The notes under the pieces are model-generated. The model saw only the letters and a list, made by a program, of their open reading frames with translations, was not told the DNA's origin and ran no database searches. From NCBI RefSeq assembly GCF_963676685.1, contig NC_092353.1, forward strand, positions 48,980,001 to 49,044,000: 64,000 bases of DNA, written 5' to 3'. Shown here piece after piece: positions 1 through 13,879 of this stretch (within the stretch, counting starts at the first letter, position 1; each line of letters opens with the position of its first letter). This DNA comes from Mytilus edulis. Its lineage: Eukaryota. Both the position numbers and the translations under genes were made by a program.

Positions 1-576
1 TATGTTTAAGAATCAAGTCGGACCAATATATCCATTTTCTAATTTGTCCGTGCACTTGTCTTGTTCTTTACTTATTTTCCTCGTTCTTTTACCTCCAAAG
101 CATTTTTAATTATACCCGATTTGTAGTGAAGTTTTTTTTTCTGTTTTACTATTATATTGGCTGTCTGTTTTGGATATGTAAGTTTTTAGAATACCCTTGG
201 TACTTTCTGTCCTTTGTGTAAACTTTAGGATGTGTCAAAAGAATTGCTGTATACATACAATTGATACCATGTCCCAACATGTTCTTTACATAAAATATCA
301 CCCTAAATTAATACGGCTACAGAGTTAAGTCTATTTTTATGTGCTGGTAGAAAAACCATGACAAAACGATTTCTATTTTGGTTACAATTGATGAATATCC
401 AATTGAATTGGAGAAACTTTAAACTCGTGAGCCATATTCAAATATACTACCCCTGTGTAGGTTGCATTTATATATTACCTATTTGCTTTCGTTTCCGAAG
501 ACAATTTAAATTTCTGGCTACTAGTATTCAATCTAGTCTATCCTCCATAAAGAAAGTTCTTATCCATATTTACATA

Positions 577-1090
577 AAGGCAACAGTATTATACCGCTGT
601 TCAAAACTCATAAATCTATGGACAAAAAACAAAATCGGGATAACAAACTAAAACTGAGGGAAACGCATTAAATATAAGAGGAGAACAACGACACAACATT
701 AACATGTAACACACACAGCAACGGACTAAGCATTAGACAACATCTGATGAGAATAACCAATATAACATCAAAACCAAATACATGAATTTTGGATAGAAAA
801 GTACCGTGACACGTCTTATAGTAATGTGAATTCACACTCAAAAATAGGAGAAAACAAACGACACAACGGAAACACAATTTAAAAATGTTACACACACAGA
901 AACGAACTATGATATAACAATGGCCATTTTCCTGACTTGGTACAGGACATTTTTAAAGAAAAAAATGGTGGGTTGAACCTGGTTTTGTGGCATGCCACAC
1001 CTCGCACTTTGATGGCATTGTTAAATATAACATTAAAATGACAACATAATAATACAGGACTACAATACAAATAAATAGGAGAACGTATTA
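577..1090. repeat. Dispersed repeat family A (non-autonomous element)
   Basis: Starts aaggcaacagtattataccgctgttcaaa. Related copies at ~13399-13720, ~20860-21190, ~44944, and inverted at ~14400-14455. Confidence 0.7.
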
Positions 1091-1848
1091 AAAAGAGAAA
1101 AGAGGGAGTATACAATTGGCGAATTTAGACCATAGCTCAAAAGAAAAAAAAAACCACAATGACCCAAAACAAGAACGACGAAAAAGACAAAAAAGAAAAA
1201 GCGGTAGAAAGATTCGCAATGGTACACGTATAAACACAAGTCGAAATTGAAAGCAACGTTCAATTCTATCATTCCATGTAAAACACTTTTCTTGGTAGGG
1301 GGGACTAAATACAGAACAATCAATATTATCCAAAATATCAAAAAAGTAAAACGTATATTTTAATAAAACGCATTTGACATACAAGTCAAACAACGGATGT
1401 TCTTGAAACCTGTGGACTACCAATAACGACTCACAAATATATATTAGGACTCGCAAGCGCGATGGTACTCCTAACCGATATGGTCATGCTGAAGTGCGAT
1501 GGTTAACACGGCGAAGTGTGATAATATAACGAGTATATCTTCAAATTAAGTTGATTTAAAGCAAACGAATAGACAACACTAGAAGCAATACAAATGTATG
1601 ACATGTATAAGAAATAATGTTTTTTTAGCTGTTGCTTTCCAATTATATTTCTATCTTCTGATTTTTAATTGAAACGTGTGGTTAGATTTATAATTCATAA
1701 CCATTTGAACAGAAATACATTTAGTATTTCATCTTTGTAATTTAATATCGTTATTATTGATATTTTAGATTTTAACAAGATAAGAACGAAGGAACATATG
1801 ATTTTGCCTTTTTAGCCAACTTAATAACAGCTTTGTAAAATTGTTCAA

Positions 1849-2188
1849 ATGGACAAGATGTCGAAAGCAGAACCAAAAATATATTTGAACAACATCTTTG
1901 TTAACGGGCCAACAGATGATGATGTGTACGAAGAATGTTTCGATACAGAAAATCAATATGATTATGAGGAAGTTTCCGTTATCGCCATAACAAATCAACT
2001 TGATGTCGATATTCCAGACAATATGCCAAAGAATCAGTCAATAAAAAAAGATAACAGTCAGAGCAAAAAGAAGCACCCGCATTTGCGGCATATGTTTTTT
2101 ATTTGTGGCTTCGTGATCATGTTAGTAGCATCAAACGGCCTGACATTCATTATCACAAAAGATATATTGTCTGAAGACAAATCAAATA
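1849..2188 (+). CDS. Gene 1 first coding exon: cytoplasmic tail plus signal-anchor TM
   Basis: MDKMSKAEPKIYLNNIF...VYEECF...YDYEEV...KKKHPHLRH followed by hydrophobic MFFICGFVIMLVASNGLTFIIT. Acceptor ttttAG at 1767-1768; donor GTGAGT at 2189. Confidence 0.8.
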
Positions 2189-5100
2189 GTGAGTATGATT
2201 AAGTATGTACTAGTATGCTGTCATCCCTGTTTTCAGAACTGAGTTTTGTGTCAATGATATCAACTGTACTATATAGCTGAACTGTTCGTAAAAATTGTGA
2301 AGGTGGTTCAAAATGTTAGCTGCAGTAGTAGTAAAATTGAGAATGGAAATGGGGAATGTGCCTAAGAGACAACAACCCGACCATAGAAAAAAAACAACAG
2401 CAGAAGGTCACCAACAGGTCTTCAATGTAGCGAGAAATTCCCGCACCCGGAGGCGTCCTTCAGTTGGCCCCTAAACAAATATATACTAGTTCAGTGATAA
2501 TGAACGTCATACTAATTTCCAAATTGTACACAAAAAACTTAAATTAAAATAATACAAGACTAACAAAGGCAAGAGGCTCCTGACTTGGGACAGGCGCAAA
2601 AATGCGGCGGGGTTAAACATGTTTGTGAGATCTCAACCCTCCCCCTATACCTCTAGCCAATGTAGAAAAGTAAAAGTACTTGTTTTAGTTCCCATTTATT
2701 TATTTTGGAAAAAGTTAGTTCCAATAACATTGATCGGCGGTGATTATATCACATACAGATTGTATGTTATAAATTTGAGAAATATATATTTTGATGAACA
2801 CTGCGCTGATTTGATTTAAAACTTGAACAGTTTGAAATTCTTTGTATGTACTAAAATTCTTGCTATCACCTTGCATTTTATAGTTCTAAAAATTAATCTC
2901 TATTAAAAATTAAATAATTCATATAACCTCTAATTGATTTAATATTTTTATGCACGATAAATAACATCACGGGTACCAAGATTCTTTATTGTTACAAAAC
3001 ACGCTAGCACTCGGTTTGCGTGTTCCATCTAACTCCTTTTCTTACCTTCTAAGTTTGATATTTTCATTATTCATTTTTCCATGTCAGGAACATGTGTTTA
3101 TTCTAAATAATCTTTACATCTTTACTTTATTATCAATGTATACCCCTACATTAGGATCATGTAATAATGTCTCTGTATTGTAGCGATAAATTAACAAAAA
3201 TTCACACTATTTCTTCTAAAATTAAAATGCAGGCAATGACGATTTTATTAACACATATTATAGATTGAACTTTAAAAAATAAATTACCAAATCGTCACCA
3301 AAAAAATATCAGACGAATATAATTTTGAGGTAAATTTTAGTTTGCCTTTGTTTCAGGGAAAATAATGACCTCACACAGGTCAATATTTTATGCCTTAGAG
3401 CATATTTCTATTAAACATGTTATCGCCTGAATTGATTCTTCGAAAAAATAACTTATCGTTCTGAAAAGAAAAAAAACCCCAGATAGGTATATTATGTTCA
3501 GAATAACTATTATGTTAATTAATTTGTGTTGCTCAAATATTAGTGACACCTTGTACTGGATGTGGGGTGTTAAATGGCACATTCCACTGTTTATGCGAAT
3601 GCGGCTTTTCTGGAAGTCTCTGTGAAGGTAAGCATCAAACATCATTAAAGTCATATGAATCGATGACTGGTAAAAATTGATGTTAATGCAATTCTTGAAT
3701 TGATTCATGTATATATATTAAACTTCTGTGCACGATTTTATCTTTTTATACGTATCTATTTTGTATAATCGTAAACAAGTATTCACTTGTTCAGTGTTGT
3801 GAAAATATATCAGCTCAAAAATGGTCGTGTTTAAAGCCGATGTATACCGATTGTCACATTTGTAGACAATCAACAAAGAAGCATGTATATTCAGATAAGC
3901 ACGTATACATGTACAATAAAATATAGTTTAGTTCAGTGACGGGGCGATGTTTACGTTTATTGACTCTCTCTGCAAATTTTGTTTTCCCCTTTGCACTTGC
4001 GTAACTGCGATCCCGGGATAATTATGAGAATGGTCAGACCTAGGTAACTGAATACGAAAGACATGTAGGCGAATTGTTGTCTGGAAGCCAAAAAAGTGAA
4101 AAAGGAAATGTCTTATAAGTTTGAACTAATGGAAGACTTTAAAAAAAAGTGTTGTACACGAGTCATGGTTAGTTTTACAATTAAAAAACTAGACATTTGG
4201 TTATAAAAAAAACCATATACATATTTTTTTTCAATTTGAAGTTTCATTTTGATTTAACGTTAGTATAGTATATTGCTACATTAGTGTAAAATAATAGAGA
4301 AAAAACAAACAAGCTTATAGAAAACCGGAATCAGCTGAAACAAAACATTTTGCGTTCTAAATTAAACATAAATTAGTTGTTTTTGATAATGTGTAAAAAC
4401 TTAAAGAAAACCTTCAAGGGGTTGCGATGGTGTTCGTATTTTCTTCGTTATTGAACAATACCTTAAACATAACGTTCATTAACCTACGCTAAAACTATTC
4501 TGTTTCTCCCTAATATCGTCATAAGTTCGTGCTACTAAACATGAATTCTTGTAATCTTCAGGTTTAATATTTTTTAAATGAAATATTATCTGTATCACAT
4601 CATTCAACCTAACTTCGATTTTTAAAGGGGTAGCGACTGTGTTGTCATTGATGTTATATATCTTGCGTCACTACGCTCCTTGGGGTATAAATGTCATCAA
4701 ACTTTGTCCACCTATGACATAATCTGCGATAGACAACAAACTATGTAACGGCCTTATATGATATCAGCATATTGACCATTACTTTCAAAACAATTAAACC
4801 AAACTTCAATTTCAAAATGTAAGCTGATATCATAATATCAAATTTTTAAGTCTTTGTTTTTCCAGTTTAATGAAATAAATATTTAATCGAATCTGTTTTT
4901 AATTTTTCCATTAATACTAGTATGAAAAACATTTTGAATTTCAGTGACACCTTGTACTGGACGTAAATGTTTCAACGGAGGCTCATGTGAGGTGTTGGAT
5001 GAAATGTTTCACTGCTCATGCAAACCTGGGTTTTCTGGACATCTGTGTGAAGGTAATTCTTAGATATCATTAAGGAAGATAAAATGTAGTGTTCATTTAA

Positions 5101-8100
5101 AAGAATCTTGAGAAAGAGTAGTTACTATACATTCATTAATGTTATACATATCGCGACGATAGGCTCCTCGGATACAAAGGTCACACACATTGTCTCCATG
5201 GCAGAATCTCCGAAAGACAACTAACAATGTAACGGCCTGATATCATATCAGCATATTTACCAATACTTTCTAGACTGGCTTGTTTTAAAATGTAAACTGA
5301 TGTCAGGATATATTTTTTTTTATTCTACGTTTTTTTTTTAAATTTAATGAAATACTAGAAAGGATCAATAACAATCTGTTTTTGATTTTTATTTAAATCT
5401 ATGACAAACATTTTGAATTGAAGTGACACCTTGTACTGGAATAAACTGTTTGAACGGAGGCTCATGTGAGGTGTTGAATGAAATATTTCACTGTTCATGC
5501 GAATCAGGTTTTTCTGGACGTCTCTGTGAAGATAAACCTTTTTGTGTTTATTCTTAGTTTAAAGGAATATTAATGAAATACAAAGAAACAAGAGAATACC
5601 GCAAAAACAACCCGTGCTTTTATTGAAACGAACCGTTGAATAGAAAATAAACTGAATTAGGTTTTTAGCATGTTTTCGCAGCGATACCATTCTTGAGCAA
5701 TATCCAATTGAAAGCTACACAATAGGATTTCATCAAGTTTACGTTTCATCCTTAAATAATACACACGTAAGTAAAGTCAAATTTTGAATGATTCGCCTGA
5801 CCTAATGCGACTTCCTGTAATCTAGTGTTTTGATTAATCTATTTGACTTGCAATACTTATAGAATCCAACGACGAATCTTCGATGTTTGAAAATGCAGCT
5901 ACTCATAAAATTTTAATTGATGTTATATCTCACGTTGGTGCGCTCATCGGGATGAAAAGAGTGAAATCACAAATATATCGAACTCCGAAAAAAGTTCAAA
6001 ACGGAAAGTCAAACCCATCAATCGAATAAATAACAAATGTCATAATCCTGTAGTGTAAACAAATGTAACAAAACTTTATACCTACACGTGAAGGAATATT
6101 TGATAGATAACGAAATATGTGACGACATGAATTTGTATCCGTACACTAAGCACTACTTTCAAGACAATTGAACCAAACGTTTCATATTAAAAATGTATAC
6201 TGAATCATGATATCAAATTGTATATTCTATGTTATTTTCAAATTAATGAAATACTTTAAATGTTATAAATCCACCTAATGAAATCTGTTTTTCCTTTTTT
6301 CTATAATTATGACGAACACTTGAAATTTCAGTCACACCTTGTACTGGATTTAAGTGCTTGAATAGAGGCTCGTGTGAGGTGTTGAATGGCACATTTCACT
6401 GTGCATGTGATTCTGGGTTTTCCGGACGCCGGTGTGAAAACGGTAAGGCTTTCGTAGCAATAAAACGTGTAAAGGTTTCAGAAGCGATATCTCAGACAAG
6501 CTTGTTAAAACGTGCCAATACGGTTTTTAAAAGAAGTTCTGAACTTGCTTATGTCTATACTAACATCCGTCAGTCCTTATAAGCTCTCCCATGGGTACAA
6601 TTCTTTCCAGAATAGCTTTACCGGCTAGGACGCATCCCGGGTACCAAGATTCCTTATTGTTACACAAAACACGGTAGCACTCGGTTTGCGTGTTCCATCT
6701 AACTCTTTTTCTTACCTTCTAATAGATATAGGAAGATGTGGTGTGAGTGCCAATGAGACAACTCTCCATACAAATAACAATTTAAAAAGTAAACCATTAT
6801 AGGTTAAAGTACGGTCTTCAACACGGAGCCTTAGCTCACACCGAACAACAAGCTATAAAGGGCCCCAAAATTACTAGTGTAAAACCATTCAAACGGGAAA
6901 ACCAACGGTCTAATCTATATAAACAAAACGAGAAACGAGAAACACGTATATATTACATAAACAAACGACAACTAATGTACATCAGATTCCTGACTTAGGA
7001 CAGGTGCAAACATTTGCAGCGGGATTAAACGTTTTAATGGATCCAAACCTTCTCCCTTTTTCTGAAACAATAGCATAACATCACAACAAAGAAAAACATA
7101 CGATAAAATATCAATTGGCAGACTTAACTCAATAAAAAAACGTATGATTAAACAATGAACGAATAAATTTGATCTGCGATATCTGAATACAAATGCACAG
7201 TTAATTAAATATTAGAGACAAACATTCATGACCAAAAAGCTAACAAACAAATTCAAAAACAGGACATGACTGAGAAATATTTAACCAATCAATGTTCACT
7301 TTAGAAAAAACCGGTTTTTTTATAATCTTGAAGTTTATACAAATGTTGTAAGAATAAGTGAAAAATTGAAGATATTACAAATAATCAAAGCTGGTGTACA
7401 GAAAAGATCCGTATAAATAAAAAATAACAAAAAAGCATTATAAACAGTATCAACAGGTCGAATTAACAAGAAAATACGATTTGAGAGTACTCGCAGTTAC
7501 TGACAGCTAGTTAAAAGCCAAAACCAATTAATAATAAAAAATCATGCATCAGAGACTAAAATCGACTAAATGATAATTTCAGTGACAGCTTGTACTGGAC
7601 TTAAGTGTTTGAACGGAGGCTCATGTGGGGTGTTAAATGGCACATTTCACTGTTTATGCGAATCCGGCTTTTCTGGAAGTCTCTGTGAAGGTAAGCATCA
7701 AACATTATTAAAGTCATATGACACGATGACAGGTAAAAATTGATGAATTGATGCAAGTATATATTATAAACCTCTGTGCACGATTTTATCTTTTTATACG
7801 TATCTATTTTGTATAATCGTAAACAAGTATTCACTTGTTCAGTGTTGTGAAAATATGTTAGCTCAAAAATAGTCGTGTTTAAAGCCGAAGTTTACCGATT
7901 GTCACCTTTGTAAACAATCAACAAAGAAGCATGTATATTCAGATAAGCACGTATACATGTACAATAAAATATAGGTTATTTCGGTGACGGAGCGATGTTT
8001 ACGTTTATTGACTCTGTCTGCCAATTTTGTTTTCCGCCTTGCACTTGCGTAACTGCGATCCCCGGAAAATTATGAGAATGGTCAGACCTAGGTAACTGAA

Positions 8101-11100
8101 TACGAAAAACATGTAGGCGAATTGTTATCTGGAAGCCAACAAGTAAAAAAGGAAATGTCTTATAAGTTTGAACTAATGTAAGACTTTTAAAAAAAATCGT
8201 TTGTTCACGAGTCATGGTTTGTTTTACAATAACATATGCATATTTTTTTCAATTTAAAGTTTCATTTTGATTTAACGTTAGTATAGTATATTGCTACATT
8301 AGTGTGAAATAATAGAGAAAAAACAAACAAGCTTATAGAAAACCGGAATCAGCTGAAACAAAACATTTTGCGTTCTAAATTAAACATAAATTAGTTGTTT
8401 TTGATAATGTGTAAAAACTTAAAGAAAACCTTCAAGGGGATGCAATGGTGTTTGTATTTTCTTCGTTATTGAACAAAAACTTAAATATAACGAACATTAA
8501 CCTACGCTAAAACAATACTGTTTCTCCCTAATATCGTCATAAGTTCGTGCTACTAAACATGAATTCTTGGTATCTTCAGGTTTAATATTTTTTTAAATGA
8601 AATATTATCTGTATCACATCATTCAACCTAACTTCGATTTTTGAAGGGGTAGCGGCTGTGTTGTCATTGATGTTATATATCTTGCGTCACTACGCTCCTT
8701 GGGGTATAAATGCCATCAAACTTTGTCCACCTATGACATAATCTGCGATAGACAACAAACTATGTAACGGCCTTATATGATATCAGCATATTGACCATTA
8801 CTTTCAAAACAATTAAACCAAACTTCAATTTCAAAATGTAAGCTGATGTCATAACATCAAATTTTTAAGTCTTTTTTTTCCAGTTTAAGGAAATAAATAT
8901 TTAATCGAATCTGTTTTTAATTTTTCCATTAATATGAAAAACATTTTGAATTTCAGTGACACCTTGTACTGGACGTAATTGTTTGAACGGAGGCTCATGT
9001 GAGGTGTTGGATGAAATGTTTCACTGCTCATGCAAACCTGGGTTTTCTGGACATCTGTGTGAAGGTAATTCTTAGATATCATTAAGGAAGATAAAATATA
9101 GTGTTCATTTAAAAGAATCTTGAGAAAGAGTAGTTACTATACATTCATTAATGTTATACATATCGCGACGATGGGCTCCTCGGATACAAAGGTCACACAC
9201 ATTGTCTCCATGGCAGAATCTCCGAAAGACAACGAACAATGTAACGGCCTGATATCATATCAGCATATTTACCAATACTTTCTAGACTGGCTTGTTTTAA
9301 AATGTAAACTGATGTCAGGATATATTTTTTTTTTATTCTACGTCTTTTTTTTTAAAATTTAATGAAATACTAGAAAGGATCAATAACAATTTGTTTTTGA
9401 TTTTTATTTAAATCTATGACAATCATTTTGAATTGAAGTGACACCTTGTACTGGAATTAACTGTTTGAACGGAGGCTCATGTGAGGTGTTGAATGAAATA
9501 TTTCACTGTTCATGCAAACCTGGGTTTTCTGGACATCTGTGTGAAGGTACAATTTTTTGTTTTTATTCTTAGTTTAAAGGAATATTAATGAAATACAAAG
9601 AAACAAGAGAATACCACAAAAACAACCCGTACTTTTATTGAAACGAACCGTTTTGGTAGAAAATAAACTGAATTAGGTTTTTAGCATGTTTTCGCAGCGA
9701 TACCATTCTTGAGCAATATCCAATTGAAAGCTACACAATAGGATTTCATCAAGTTTACGTTTTATCCTTAAATAATACACACGTAAGTAAAGTCAAATTT
9801 TGAATGATTCGCCTGACCTAATGCGACTTCCTGTAATCTAGTGTTTTGATTAATCTATTTGACTTGCAATACTTATAGAATCCAACGACGAATCTTCGAT
9901 GTTTGAAAATGCAGCTACTCATAAAATTTTAACTGATGTTATATTTCACGTTGGTGCGCTCATCGGGATGAGTGAAATAACAAATATACCGAACTCCTAA
10001 AAAAATTCAAAACGGAAAGTCAAACCCATCAATCGAATAAATAACAACTGTCATAATCCTGTAGTGTAAACAAATGTAACAAAACTTTATACCTACACGT
10101 CATGTAATATTCGAAAGATAACGAAATATGTGACGACATGAATTTGTATCCGTACACTAAACACTACTTTCAAGACAATTGAACCAAACGTTTCATATTA
10201 AAAATGTATACTGAATCATGATATCAAATTGTATATTCTATGTTATTTTCAAATTTAATGAAATACTTGAAATGTTATAAATCCACCTAATGAAATCTGT
10301 TTTTCCTTTTTTCTATAATTATGACGAACACTTGAAATTTCAGTCACACCTTGTACTGGATTTAACTGCTTGAACAGAGGCTCGTGTGAGGTGTTGAATG
10401 GCACATTTCACTGTGCCTGTGATTCTGGGTTTTCCGGACTCCGGTGTGAAAACGGTATGGCTTTCGTAGCGATAAAATGTGTAAAGGTTTCAGAACCGAT
10501 ATCTCAGACAAGCTTGTTAAAATGTGCCAATACGGTTTTTTAAAAGAAGTTCTGAACTTACTTATGTCTATACTGCCATCCGTCAGTTCTTGTAAGCTCT
10601 CTTATGGGTACAATTCTTTCCAGAATTATTATCATGAACATACCAAATGTTAAGTTCTGCAATTTGTCGAAGGATTCCAAAAATCATTGCCGATTAACTA
10701 TTTTTAAGCTGTTATTCCTTTCAGAAATTTAGATTATTTGGAAAAATCTTTGTTAGAGCTTTCAATAGATATATGAAGATATGGTACGAGTGCCAATGAG
10801 ACAACTATCCATCCAAGTCTCAATTTGTAAAAGTAAACCATTTTAGATTAAAGTACTGTCTTAATTTACCACGAAGCATTGGCTCGCACGAAACAGCAAG
10901 CTATGAAAGGCCACTACTAATGGTAAACCATTCAAACGGGAAAACAAACGGTATAATCTAAATAAAAACGAGAAACGAGAAATTCTTCTGAAACACATCA
11001 ACAAACTACATAACATAGAACACTGGCAGGTGCAAACAAATGCATCGCGTTTAAACGTTTTATTACATGTAGGTACCAACCCCCACCCTTATCTGAAACA

Positions 11101-13831
11101 ATAGTGTAACATCGAAAGACACACTATTAACTATCAAAGGAAATGGCTCAACTCTATCAAAAGAAATTTTGCAAGCCTACATATATGGTAAGAAGTTCAA
11201 CTATATCGATTATTTGTCAATAGTGTAAAGCAATAATTCGTCTAAAAATATGGATTCAGCGCTGATTTACAAATTTTTACATGAAATATGTCTCTTAGAA
11301 ATATTTATTCAAATATCAGTTGTAGTGAACTATTTAGTTTTAAGGAATCATTTTGCATTGAAATTGAAAGACTCTAACTTCTGATAATTCTAATGAAATT
11401 TTTATTTCACAAATGACTAAAGATATTTTCACAATACTTTTTTTATAGACTTGATACACAGAATTAGCCAGATAAACGAACGTGTACTTACATGATCGAC
11501 TCTCTAGAAAGTAGAGACCCGAGACCACTCAATGTTTTGGGTGGTGTTGCTAAGTATTCTTTTCTAGGTTACGTCTTAAAGACTTATTTGTCCTTTGCTT
11601 GTTTTTTGTTTTTTTGCAATGGCATTGTAAGTTCCATTTTTAATTTCTGAGTTAGGTATATTCCGCTATGTCTTATACATATAATAAAGTTGTAAATAAA
11701 CTAATCTAGAGAGTTCTTTACGTTGAAAGGATGATATAATGTATGTACGTCGGTTTTTATAAATTTAAACGCAGTTCTTTAATCGTTTAGAAAATTACAA
11801 CTTGACATTACATACAAACGAAAAGTATGTAGCTGATAATATAAAAGATTAATTGCAGAAGTTGGACCATGCTTTTCAAATCCCTGTTTGAATTTTGGTT
11901 CATGTAGAGCATCTTGTAATACTTATACCGTTACTGTCTAAATGGAACCAAAGGAAGTCGTTGTCAAGGTGAGTAGAACACACAAAAAAAAAAAATACAA
12001 AAAAAGGATAAAAGTAGAAATGTATACAAAACCAAACAAAAACCGATTAATGAATAAGAAGACAATATCAATATGATCTCGCGTGGTATTAACACCATAA
12101 ATATGCAGAGCTTGATAATCAAATAAATATGTATAACATATGACCTTATGATGAACCGTCATTCATTTATGGTATTGCAGCTGCGAAGCCCTTTTTTCAG
12201 GAAAAAACCCCATAAAAATACTGATTGCAAATGAAAATAACACTTCTAAAGACTAGAGAATATGTATTCCCCATATAGTATATGTCAACGTTGTGTCTTT
12301 TAACACCTTATATTCTTTACATACAGATTTATTACATGAAATAATAACATCCCCTGGATATCCGTCGAACTACAACGACAACACGTATAAACTATGGCAT
12401 ATTGATGTTGGACTTTCAAATATTATCCGAATAACGTTTACTCAGTTTGAACTTGAAGACGAATATGATTTAGTAAAAGTAAGTTAGTTGCTCTATAATA
12501 TTTCTTTCCACCATATAACGAAAGTAATATCATTCTTAAAATGTATATCCTTATAACACATTTCAACACAGTATTCAAATAAAGGAAACAATGAATACAA
12601 TGTTTGTCGGCAAAACCATCCCAATATTTAAAATACTATGCATGAAACTTAGTTGAATTAAAAAAAAAGGGGGGTAATCGTTACCATCAAAGCTTTAAAA
12701 GTACTAAAAAATGTACAACCTTTACCTTATCCGTCAAACGATTTTTTATGCATCATATTTTATATATAAGATATAAGGTAGGTTTGGTCATCGACAAGAT
12801 CGTAACAGACGGAGGATTTTAAATCTATCCTGCTTTTTGAAATACGATAAAACAAGAATATGTGTGGGAAAATAAAAAAAAACCAATCACTGAACATTTC
12901 TCACATATCTAAAATCAATCGTAAAAAAATAATAAAAAAGGAAACTAATAAACTTGAAACAAATAGTTGACATCAAACACCTCCCTTTCCTTGTAAAAAA
13001 TACGTTAAAAAATACCCGGAAAAGTACAATACAAATTATATAATAAAGATAATAGGATGTATCCTAAGTATTCACTGACATCTTCGTCTGTGGGAGAAAT
13101 GTTTCATCTCATATATAGGTATACAGAATTAACTTTATCAAGTCAACGCTATAACTTTTAATACACACATCTTAACTTTCCAATTGGAGATATATATCCA
13201 TTGTTTTCTTTTCCATGTATCCGATATTTGTATTTTATTGTTTTTTTCTAATGTTAGATGACGTTGATTTTCTTTTTTCGGTCGTTGATTGTATATCATT
13301 AAAGTTTAATGATATAATTTAACGATGTTCCATTTGTATTATATAAAAACTGTAGGATTACAGAACAAACAGAAATGAGATAAAAAAAAAAAAAAAAAAG
13401 GCAACAGAAGTATACCGCTGTTCAAAATGCATAAATCGATTAGGAGAAAACAAACCCGGGTTATATACTAAAACAGACCACTGAAGTGCAACAAAAAACA
13501 AACAACAATGCAACGTACATATAAATGAGTTATAAGATAACAACTACTATGTTCCTGACTTGGTACAGGACATTTTAATAAAAAAAGGTGGGTTGATCCT
13601 GATTTTGTGGCTAGCTAAACCTCTTTGCTTTATGGCTATGTTTAATTTACTGCCAAAATGACAACATCACATAACGGGAGTACAGCACAAAAAATGCAAG
13701 AACACGAAAGACAGCGATATACACTAATAAATAAAATAATAGTATATTTCGACATGTTAACAACATAATGACAACGAATAACTAAAATGAATTTAAGGAC
13801 AGTATGCAAAACCAGTGTAATAGAATTACGA

Positions 13832-13879
<48 letters not shown>

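Larger units (their letters stand above)
2969..10625 (+). repeat. ~4 kb intragenic tandem segmental duplication (about 2969-6637 and 6638-10625)
   Basis: Exons and introns are near-identical between copies (e.g. 3628-6610 vs 7691-10625). The junction sequence cgggtaccaagatt...ttaccttctaa occurs at ~2970 and ~6638. Confidence 0.9.

Noticed and set aside
358-1456. Short ORFs here and most other 60-120 aa ORFs in the track
   Set aside because: Low-complexity F/L/I/K-rich translations of AT-rich repeats or introns, with no domain motifs or splice support.
6605-6720. Extra exon or CUB remnant at the duplication junction (ttccAG...HPGYQ)
   Set aside because: The resemblance to SPGYP is only a few residues, with no convincing donor or further CUB motifs.
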